Positions 38,201-50,200 of a DNA stretch of 64,000 nucleotides are shown one piece after another (position 1 is the first letter of the stretch; the number at the start of each line of letters is the position of its first letter). Source of the DNA: Tubiluchus corallicola (Eukaryota > Animalia > Priapulida). The DNA is taken from assembly GCA_030141605.1 (NCBI GenBank), contig JAQGDQ010000040.1, forward strand, positions 682,001 to 746,000, in the 5' to 3' direction. The translations under genes were made by a program, and so were the position numbers. Under the pieces are notes generated by a model. It had not been told where the DNA came from, did not search any database, and was given only the letters and a program-made list of their open reading frames with translations.

Positions 38201-41200
38201 TGTCTGACAAACCGAAGAGTATCGATGAGCTGTGTGCATGTGACCGTAAGAAGCTGAAAGCCATTACGAAGGACGATATGATAGAAATCATACTGGCTGC
38301 CCCCCCTTCGGCCGCTTCTGGTGGTGCCGATTCAGCTGTGTTGAAACGCCTGGATGAACTATCTAATAATATTAACACTAAATTTCAAAATCTGGAGGAA
38401 AAATTGTCCCAAAAGATTGAAGACAAACATTCTGAATTAAAGACTGAAGTGAATGTCTTGCGTCAAGTTGTTAAAAATCAACAACGGTTTTTGGAGCAGG
38501 TTGACGGTCGTCTCCGAAACCAGAACTTAATTATGATGGGCTTAAGTGAAAATGAGGATATCGATGGTGCTAATTCCGACGATGATAAGATAAGGAAAAT
38601 TCTTGATGTAGTGGATGTGGAAGCTGCTGTCGTCTCATACAAGAGACTCGGTACAGCTACGAATGGCCGTGATCGTCCTGTGTTGGTCATTGTTGAAAAT
38701 CATGACCAAAGGGACAATGTCGTGAAGAATGCTAATAAGCTTCAATCGTCTGCCAATGCTGCTGTGAAAAAAGTCAGAGTGAAGCGAGACACCCACCCTG
38801 CAGTTCGTGCCGAATGGAAGCGGCTATTTGACGCTGAGAAGTGCGAACGTGACAAACCTGAAAACCGGGGATGCCATATTGAGTTTGACAAGAAAAAGCG
38901 TGAGATCACCCGGGACGGTGTTGTTATTGATAGTTGGCAACCAATGTCTTTTTTGTAAACAATCGAGATAGTTGCACTGAACTCCGTATTACACATTGGA
39001 ACATTAATGCCGTGAAAAATAAACTGGAGATCGACTTTGTTCGCCAAAGTTTATGTAAATCTGATATGATATTCTTAAATGAAATCAAAACTCCGTTGAA
39101 GTTCACAATGCCTGGGTATAAAACTCTCCGAACTAATCAAGCAGCTGGTCACCGTGGTGGTTGTGCTATACTGATTTCAAATGTGCTAGCCTCTTCGATT
39201 CAATCGGTCGAATTTGGTTCCGATGTTATTGTGCTACGCCTCAATAATATACCTGGTATTGTTTTTGTATGTGTTTATCTCACGCCATCTGACTCTCATT
39301 ACCACTCACTTGAATGCTTAGCAAAAATCAACGAAGTTATGATGTCCAACCCTCATGATCAATTTGTGATACTTGGTGATTTGAATGCCCGTTACGGGCC
39401 TGCTATTAACAAATTTTTACGTAATGTTAGTGACAGTGGTGCACGATATCTTGCTTCCGAGGATTCGATTGGATCCCCGAATGAAAATGCCAAAGTTGTT
39501 TATAATTCTTTTAACTCTTTAATCGTTGTAAATAACATTCAGTATAAAGGCAGAACATTTAAAAGTAATCTGACGTATAGAAAACGTGAGAATTGGATTT
39601 CTGAATTAGACTATTGTCTTATTTCTCCTGCACTAATCGATAGTGTTGTCAATTTCACTGTCAATCAAGACTTACGATTACCTTCGAATCATGCCCCTCT
39701 GTCTGTGATTTTTGATATCAACATGTTATCTCGTGGAGCCTTACCTCACAATCTTCTTATCAGATCCGAAGCCTTAGGTGCTCATGCAGCTGAAGTTAAA
39801 ACTCCAAACCGCAAACATTGTAGCCGTCAGATCCGTATTGCTGAAACAGACTGTGTCGAATTTCAGAGAGTGATGTCTTCAGTTGAACCTCCTGATGATG
39901 TGGATGATGTAAATAGTTGTGTTACTGATATTAATAATGTTTTCCGTGATAAACTGATTAGATGTAAAGCTCCGAATCGTCTCATCAATCGTTATCAGCC
40001 GACGGATCGTTGGCGCCGTATGCTCGAGCTCAATGATTCTAAGGAAATATGGAATGCCATAGACTGGAAAGGAAACACGATTGAATCTGAATCCTTTGAA
40101 TCTCCAACTAGCGAAGAATTCAAACGTCATTTCGAGGATCTTCTCAACCCAGATCGTGATGGTCCAGAGGACTTATTATCACTGTGCGATGGTCCAAGTA
40201 TCCCTATCACAGATGATCCGATCGCTTTCGATGAGTTTGTTTCTGCTGCTTCCGAATGTAAATCAAGTAGTAGTGGTGGACCCTCTGGTAGTCCTGGTGC
40301 TGTGTTCAATTTTATCCCAGATAATTGGATTAATTACCTGTGTTTTGTTCTGAATTTCATATTCTTTTCGCGATCTTTCCCGATTCCGTGGTGCTTTAGC
40401 CGCCTTGTTACTATTTTTAAGAGAGGATCTCGTAAGGACTGCGATAATTACCGCGGTTTGTCAATCATGGATTCCCTTGCGAAAATATACGATCGAATTT
40501 TGTGCAAACGTTTAGAGATGTGGTTCAAACCCGATAGGGAGCAGGCTGGCGCCCAAAAGGGTAGATCCTGCATTGAGTGGATTGTGACTCTAAGACTATT
40601 AATGGACTATGCACTGTTTAAAAAGAGGAAATTATATATCGTTTTCGTAGACTTCTCGAAAGCTTACGATAGAGTTCCACGTTCTGGTTTGATTAGGGCC
40701 TTGAGAGCTCTTGGCTGTGGTCTTGCGATGCTTTCTGCTCTTGCTGCCATGTATGTGAATACGCAGCTGGTCCTTGGTGCTGCCGTTATTGGTGTTACAT
40801 TAGGTGTGAAGCAGGGTTCTCCGTCATCCTGTTTCCTCTTCACACTGTATATTAACCCTCTTATTCGTGAATTAAAGTCTAGATGTGGTCTCGATGGTTT
40901 CCTAGGAAATTTACACTGTTTGATGTTGATGGATGATACAATCTTATTGTCAACATCTAGAGAAGGTATTATTCAAAAACTCAGTATCCTTATTGAGTTC
41001 TGTGATCAATCCGGTATGAAGGTGAACTTAAAAAAGACTAAATTTATGGTTATTAATGGCGATGCTGTTGATCGTCTGGACCTCGTAGTGAACCCCCTTA
41101 CTGTTAATCACTGTGACTATAACGTTTACCTCGGTGCTGTCTTTAGCTCAACAGGAAAATTTAAACCCGCTCTGGAAAAACACTGCGAAGACAAATATTG

Positions 41201-44200
41201 TCACGTACTGAAGTTCGTGTCATTTATTTCTAAGAATTCAGCTTATCCTTTTGCAGTTAAGAAGTTGGTTTTAAATGCCGCGCTACTTGCTGCAATTACT
41301 TACGGATGTGAGTCTTGGCTATTCAATGACCTTAATCCTATTCAAGGGATGTATATTAGTGTTATTAAATGTTTACTCGGTGTGCGACGTACAACTGCTA
41401 ATGATTTGTGTCTCATAGAGTTGGGCCTTCCCTCCCTGAATGGTTTTGTGAAGGACACCCAATCTCGCTTTTTCAATAAGATTGTTCGCTCAAGAGTGAA
41501 TATTCCTGATGATCCGTTTATGATTGTTTACAATTTGTGTCGCGAGTCAAACACCCCATGTGCTCGATATTTGCGTAATATAACTGGATACCGTGGTGAT
41601 TTTATCGATGATGACCTGAATAGAATCAAAGATAGGACCCGCGCTTCTGACCGTACGAAATTTGTCACATACTTACAACTAAACCCTGAACTCTCTATCC
41701 ATCGAATTTACTGTGACAATGTTAATGAACTGAAACGGATAAAAACGTCAAGGCTCAGACTTTCCTCACACAACCTTGCCATAGAAACCGGTCGTTGGTC
41801 CCGTATTGAAAGAGAGCGAAGACTCTGTTCATGTGGACAAATCCAAACAGAACTGCACGTAATATGTGAATGCCCTGAAACACGTATCTTAAGAAACAAT
41901 TCCGATTTAATATTTGATGATTTAGTGACTTTTTTCAGCGGAAATCCCGCTGATATTTGTAATTTTGTACACGATGCTCTAGCCATTTTTGGTCTCTAAT
42001 TGTTACTACACCATACATTGAGTGATCTATGGACTATGATCAGCCTAAATTTCTTAAATGTTGCAACTATCTCGAAACGATTCTTATGACTTTTTGTATA
42101 TATCTTTGACCATGGTCAATAAATAAATAATAATAATAAAAACCGATGCTGCGTCAATAACAATGACGACAACAATAATAATAATAATAATAACAGCAAC
42201 GACAACGGCGGCGGCGACGACGACGACGACAACAACAACAACAACAACAATAATAATATCTATTTCTATTTTTATTGTCGTCTTGTCACCATTATCATTA
42301 TACATGTATTGCTAAATAATGATAATTGTAACTATAAGTTGGAGCACAACACTGTTATGATGATAAGAATAAATGAATTAAGAAATGTCCAGTGATAAAA
42401 AATACATTTAAAGACAATAACTTGTTCACATACATACACATTACCTTTAGGTGTTACGGTTTTATGAACTTGTCGACCTTCGTACATCATAGGTAAACCG
42501 TAGTCCGTTATTTTGAGGACCCATCGGCTATCAATCAAACAGTTTTTGGAGGTGAGGTGACCATGCACACGAATTGGACTAGAGTGTAAATATCGCATAC
42601 CCTATTAGAAAAAACCGTAAAATTTATCTACACAGTGGCACATTATAGCTGCAATAACATCAAGCTTAGATATTCTACTTGTTCTATTAACAATTACTCT
42701 TGTTTTATTAACAATTTTATTTATCACAAACTTACTGTTTTTAATTGTTTGATTGCTTCAAAGTCGCATTTTTTCACACGTTCTGCGTGTTGTGCTACAT
42801 ATTCAACTTTTTCATACCCCTATATTCCGCTGGTAGTCTAGTTTTTGAATACGTTTGAGTTTTTTATGCACACGTGCCTGCATGTGGCAGTCTCTAACTA
42901 GACATTTTTCTCTCAGCTCGTTTTTATGATTCTGTGGCAAATATACATCAACAATTGCAATATACATGCTGTCATGATCATCAATTCTCATCTTTTAGAA
43001 ATGTCTTATTTTGTTCTAACAATATAAAATCAGACCCGAAAACTCATTAGTTATCGAAAATGAGTTACCCTTGCGGTTCGTTTGAGAAATTGAGAGACAA
43101 TACAAACGTAACATTTTCTTGAATAATTTGTGTTTTAGATAATTTGCTTCGTTAAAATGCGGAAGAACTCAAACTTGCAATTCCTCAAGGTTCTGAAAAC
43201 ATAATTCTTACATCTTACTTAGTTACATTATTACTCAAATTGTTCTGTATCGTAACTGCTTTTAAATAATCACAGAATCAAGTTTTTATTACTCACCCGT
43301 ACAAGGTCTGTCAAAAACGAGAGCTTGAAGGACCACTCCAGCTTTATGTTTTCGTTTTTGTACAACTCCTTAAAATTAAAATAGCGTTGTTAAAGGACGG
43401 GTTCAGTTAGTTTTCAGTTTTACAAAAGATAAAATAAGAAAATCTGCAAGTATAACTATGTACTCAATACCTAACATAAATGATGAACGAATCCGCGTGC
43501 ACCAGCATGCTTATCACTTGAGTATGCCAGGTCCGCTGCGGTTTAATTATGTGAGACTGACCAATGTGCAACGCGCTCGAGGCAAATTATCTCATGTGTG
43601 ACCGAGCAGTCTGATCTTCGCATCTTAGCCCCTGTCTCGATCCCTTAAACAACCTCAGTTTTTTAACCGGAACATTCTCTGAGCCTTTGTTTTAGGTGTC
43701 TAGCCTGCGTGACTTTACGTACTATAGTTTTCGAGTTATTTTTTTAACTTATTCGATTTTTATTTAGACGTAACTTAGATTTAGTTTGGTTTGCATGGTT
43801 TATTAAACGCAAGGATTTTCCACTCCAGAGATTGATGGTTGGCACAGCACCAGTTTTACTGCAGTGCTTGCCCGGTTTGGAAAATCAACTTGAAGGGAGC
43901 GTGATTGAAATCAGTTACTCACTTATGGTTTTTCAAGCTTATTGGAGGAACCGAGTTACCTCAAGTTAATTTAGTGACTGATTTCCTATAAATTCGTTTC
44001 TGACTTGCTCTGGCATTAAAGGCCATAATCCTGCTACATAGAACCTTAACAAAAAATACTAATCCTTGCTTTACGTTACACACACGCCTGCCATAGGCAC
44101 ATACATTTTTTTATTAAATTAACAAGTTACAAGTAGTGTAATTTTATTTGAAGCAAACAAATTTCCACGATAATAGGGTAGTACGTAGCTAGTGTTAGAG

Positions 44201-47200
44201 TAGAGTGTCTGACGGCGTGAATGGGGCAAACATTGTTATTAAAATGACATATGAGTCAGCACAATAGTTTATTTCGTGGAAGCGAAAAACGCATTTCTTA
44301 ACCTGTAGATGAGGTGGAACAGTCAGTGTCTGAACGCCTATATAACGCCATAATATTATGTCATATCACTATTAAAGGATAAGAAAACCCTTTGCATAAA
44401 GTTAAAAAAATGTCGTCACGTACATACTGCCTTGTTGTGCACAGGGCTTTTTTATAGCATCAATGCTGTGTATAAACCTTAAAAAACTTATACTGCTGCG
44501 ATAACCACTAGGCGCAGCCATTTTGACGGTAGATTGTTTGACACAAGTTTAGATAAAATTGCTTAAAATTTAGAAAATAATCCAGGCATTCGTAGCTCAT
44601 GCTTCACTAACTAAGCAAAAGCATAAATCACTTATCTTGTCATTAAGATTAATACTGTTTCTTGTTGAGTCAGTGGTGCACACAGGGAAGGTGAGTCAGT
44701 GACGTTTTGCCAAATGGCGCGAACATTTGAAATTACTAAGAATTTTCTTTTCCAGTTATGTAAGTGTTTCAAACAGGCAAGCGTAATGCAAAGTAATATA
44801 ACTTTGCATAGAAATCTTTTTGGAACATACTTTAAAATTGCCATTTCTGCCCTAGAAGGTGCCTAATTTAAATTAAATAATCTACGTTAACAAGAGATTT
44901 CTTTAATAACAGTTCGTTTACTTGATTCATGGGCAAGCAATCACCAGGTGGTTTAATGGCTAACGAGTATCATGTCACGCTCGTTATATCATGAAGACGT
45001 CATGGGTGAAAAATAATTATTAGTAACGAGAGTCCAAGAATGCTGGGTTCTAATGCTAACACGCAGTACAATGAACATCAAACGAAATTGACTTTTGCAT
45101 CAAGCATCAATTTTGGAGCTAAAGTTAAGAGAAATAAAAATTTGCATTTGCATTAAATAAAATCGACGAACTGAACATTAATCCGCTTCAGCATTCGCAT
45201 TTCCCGTGCAGCCCACGGAAATCCCTTCAATCTGTAGGTTTCTCTACAATTTCCTAGGGGAAAATGTCATTGTCATTAAGAGTTTGTTTCACGAGGGTGC
45301 TTCAGCAATGTGGCACTGTGTTGTCAGCTAGCAATCAAACGAAACGCAATCACCAGTTTATTGTTAAATCCACGGTAAAAGTGGACTATCAGCCTTGTGC
45401 AACTGCTGGCTTGTGATAGTACAAGGTGTTCCAAAAGAAATAGTGCAATACAAATGCGGCAAATATGGCAAAGCGATCTAGACTTCTGCATTATGGCATA
45501 ATAAAAAAGAACTTTTTTAAATAAACACTAATTTATTCGTTTTTTAATTAGGTTACGACTGTGAATGCCAGAATGTTTGTAGACCATTAAGGTTATTCCT
45601 CAACAATAATTACCCATTGCGGGTAATGAGTTAAAAGAAATGAGATGCTGAAAAATTGTGGATACTCGACAGTTGAACCAGAAACCTGGGATTAGTGCTC
45701 CCAAACTACCAGTTCAACATGCCTGAGTAGGTCTGAGATTTCCTCCTTGTGGTACACAATCCATCAGCGGTACCTGTACAAAGGACAGTAGGAGGATACT
45801 ACTGGTGTCAACTTTTATTATTGAAATTAGCTAGCAATTAACGATATCATTAAATAGATTAATACTTTGAATCTTAGAATGTTTATAAACCATAACAATT
45901 ACAACCTATTGCGGGGTAATGAATTGAAAAAAAGGAAACGCTGAAAAATCGCAAAATTGTGGATTTGAACCCGAGACCCAAGATTACTGTTTTTTAGCTG
46001 TTTAATGACCTAATCTTTTTATGTGTGTGTTTTTTGCGTTAATGCTGTATGTTGATGCAGTAAATTCATACATCATATTGGCGCAAAATAACACCAATTT
46101 TACCCAATTTTCCTACCGTATAACTTGGTAGGAAACGTTTCTAAACTATTTGTAAACTAATAGTGCTTGTTAGCGCACAGTATCTTTGTAACACCCCATA
46201 TACATAAACAACAGAAGAATTTCCTATTTGTCAGTTTTGATTCATCAGTAAACTAATAATTGATTGGCTACCGTAGCGAGAACCAGCGGTAATGATAACG
46301 GTGCTGTCTGCTTTTAGTTGTTTTCCTGTTGTTTTTTTACGTGCAAAATACTGTACATTAGCTTAAATAAAACAATTTTTTACAACATTTGTAAGGAAAA
46401 TTAAGACGTGCAACGTAACGACTAGGTTAGAAGCTTACCATGAGGCTACCTCTGCTGCAAAACTCGTTCACCATACCCAAAGAAGTACCTTCATAAAAGC
46501 AGCCGATAAATGGATTGAGATTCTCGTTTCTTAAATCTCGGAGCTGCAAGAAATAAAATATTACAGAACAAAAGAAACACAGTCACTATCAGTAATTAAC
46601 CAAGCAATCAAATTCATATTTGGATACTTTCTAACAGGGGTGATTAGACAGCGTTTGGTCCCAGAAGCCTGTACGTGCAGGCTAATTTTTGTAAATATGA
46701 TGCCTCTCAATGCCTCTCATTGGCTACCCCCCCCCCCCCCCCCACAAAAAGGTGTAGAGGCTTGTGTATTCTGTATTCACCTCCCACTGTTGAGCAAATT
46801 CAAAATAGAGTGAAGTATCACTGAATCAGATAGATCAGCTCTGCTAATTTGACCATATTGCTCAACTGGAAGAACATGTATCTCCTATTAATTAGCCGAT
46901 AGATACATTTTTATACAAACGATGCCTTTTAACTGCATGCTAACCTACGTGCAAACATGGATGCCTATTTGCCTGCATGTGTGAGACTGTGAGTGTTTTC
47001 TTGTGTGCTTGTGGTCACTGCAAGTGAGTGTCTCATAAACGTCACTTAAGCTAGATATGGTCTATCCTTGCAATAGGCAGATTTTGGGGCTTCATAGTGG
47101 ATGACTATTCTAGGTAAAGTGTCCTGGTGGATAACTGCTCTAGGTAAAATGTCCTTTGTTAAGTGTCCTTAATTGTGCAGTACCACCGCTTGGTTCACGA

Positions 47201-50200
47201 TGAGGGGACCAGAGTGTACGTAAAACTTTACGTGATTATGTTGATGAAGGTAATTTGACCTTGATGATATTTTAAGATCAAACTCCTCTAATTGGAGTTG
47301 TTACTACTGATCTGATATGCAACATATTATGCTACTTATGCAGTTCGTTTACAACACTTTCTGCAGTTATTTTCACTGAAGAGGTTTACAGTGAAATGCT
47401 CCCCTTAAGGCACTCAGTGAAATGAAATGAAATGCATGAGCGGGGAGATCAATTAACTTAGTTCGATAAAACCGAGTAAGCTGAAGATTAAAGCGTCATG
47501 TAAAAGTTAAGTGAGAAAGTTAAGCTGCCTTTTGCAGTTTGAAACTCGATGAGTATTGTTAGCTGTTGAAACTGTGTATAGAAAATACAGTGCCTTAATC
47601 ATGTTTCTTTCTTAAATTGTGTGGCTGTTAACTTTAAGATGCTAAAGTGTCATCGTCATAGTTTTAGAATAATCGCTTGACAGTTTTGCAAATTAAGCCG
47701 TCATTTGTTTCTAAAGGCTGAGAATTCAAGGTAAATGTGAGCACGATGTCAGCTAGAGAAAGAGGTAACTTAATAACAACAACGTAGTTTTTTGTAATAT
47801 TGCTTGCAAGATTATTGATTATTGATCGCATAAACTCACTATTATTTGAATCAAAACTTGACCAAAAAGAAGGAAATGTGAAAACAGTCGCGACTGAGTC
47901 TGGATTTGATCCACAGACCTTTGGATTGCCAATCCAACGTCATGACCACAGCTCCCTAAGGGATGCGCAGCCCCTGTAATCCAAGGAGCTTTCAATCCAA
48001 TCGCAATCCGACTTGTTCACATCCTCTTTTTTAATAAAGCTGAGTTTAATTTTTAACGTGGTTTCGTTACATTAGCAGCACTAAGAAATTTACTAAAAAA
48101 GTAAATATTATATGTAAAATTATTTATGGTGCTATGCAAGAGTAAAGATCGGTAAAAATTGTCATCATCTTAATAAATAAAAAATCTAAACAGCCTACTG
48201 TAATACCCAAATATCTAATACTAAAAGATATAGAAACAGTTAATAAGAAAGGCAATGAACAAAAATAAATAAATAAAAATGTCTGAGCTCAAATATACAG
48301 ATGCAGCCAAATTCAAACGCACTTTTAACGCAGTACAACTTAGACGAGACAATATTTAACAAAAATCTCTGCTGGGTCTACGTTAGGCCTACCCAGACAA
48401 GAGAGTTCTAACATGCATGCGAAACAAGACTACGATAGGAACATGATTTTTTGGCAGTAATATCTTACCATTTTCAAATTATGCATAACCTTCGTGTTGA
48501 TTTCAGCTCCCTTTATAGGTAGCGTTTTAACGTGAACTAGGTCACCCTACAATAGTTCAAACAAAATTTATTTTTAATATCATCTTTAAGCATAGAAACC
48601 GTTACACAAGTGATGCCAAATAGTTTAATGTCCAATTTATAAATTTAACCAGTTTGTCTCTTAATTCTACATAATTAATTTCTAAAACTACGAGTTACTT
48701 AAAACGACTGCTCTCTTCTATAATAAGTTTGATACGAACTATTGGTCTAGGGACTCACTGAACTGGAGATGGTGACTCATAAAACTGACCCTGTCAACAG
48801 ATACGAAATTTCTTCTATATTCATTCATTCGCAGTTTAATGACGATTTGTTTCTGCCGCCATCTTGAATTCAAGATAGTAAATCATTAATCCTGCTCTGT
48901 CAGTCGATGCGAAATTTATTATAGTATATTCTTGTAAATTATAGGGAATACAATATATATTAATTCTTTATTTGTCATTAAAATGGTTTACTCATTATCA
49001 TAAAATTGCGTAAGCTTCAGCGTAATGTTAAGATAGCAACACTGTTCAAGACAAATGCGTCCAGCGCATACTAAAAAACTAGTGCAAAACTAAGGCCTAA
49101 TTATATACAATAAATGGACATATTTACAAACACCATTATAAAATATTTTTACAAAACAATATTACAAAAGTACATTAAATTTTACATGGCATATTTTACA
49201 CTATATATACATTTGACATGACACAATTAACAGAAACATGCTTTACATCACATAAATTTCACTCATTACATTTACACTATTTATACACTTGACATTAAAA
49301 AAACTAACATAACACGTATTACATTACATATTTTTTAAAATTTTACATTCTTAATTGCTTTATGCAGTCAGGGGCGGGGTAGATGAAAGTTGAGTCTGTG
49401 TAATTAGTATCAGATGCATAATCTGGAAGTTCTATTGTGTTCTATTCTTTAAAGTGGTATCAGGAATGAATGATAAAGGACTGTTTATAATCGGAATGCT
49501 CAGTTTATTGATATATTTATAAAGAAATGTCAGTGTTTTGTAATCTTGATAGGCTTCTAACATTGGTATTTTTGTGGAAGTTCTTAAGCTTGTTGCAGAA
49601 GCAGCATGTTGTTTAGCAGTTTGACGGTCCGTTGCAAATGGCAAAGCCATAGGGTTCTTTCGAAAATGATGTTTTGAACGCAAGATGACAGATCAAAAAT
49701 CATTGCTAATGATTAAGTACAAAATGCATGTAGGTACTGCCGGATGCTTAGCGAAATCACGATACATATGCAGCAGCGGAAATACAAGGGCCAGGACCAT
49801 CCTATGGACAATGTATTAGCCTGTGGACTTCACTGCAAGTGGATGCAATGGCAATGCAAAGCGTCTTTACTCATTGATGGTTTCGGTTACTGTTGTTTAT
49901 TGAGGATCTGTGTACTAATAACTATTATCTTTTTACGAATTTTAAAACTATCACGCTTGAAAAACTTAGATATGCATGAAAACTCTAGCAGGTTGCAGAA
50001 TGTAGTCCCTTTTTAGCGAAAAACTCATCTCTCATGCAAATGTAAAAGTATTGTTATATAATGATAAATGTGATAGATGGTTACGTTATATCGTGCGATT
50101 TGGCTATTATCTTTTCCAAGTACGCCTTTCTGCATTCCGTCACTGTGGTCACTCAGGACCGAGCCAAGAGAGCCGAGAGATGCTTGCAGAATGTCAGGAC

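Larger units (their letters stand above)
38081..42140 (+). mobile_element. Apparently full-length, coding-intact non-LTR retrotransposon (APE-RT, RTE-X/CR1-group-like), antisense in a cyclase intron
   Basis: Two uninterrupted ORFs and a 3' UTR of about 120 nt that ends in the palindrome TTGACCATGGTCAA (42106-42119), then AATAAA and a (TAA)n tail. The 5' boundary is approximate and no TSD was identified. Confidence 0.92.
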
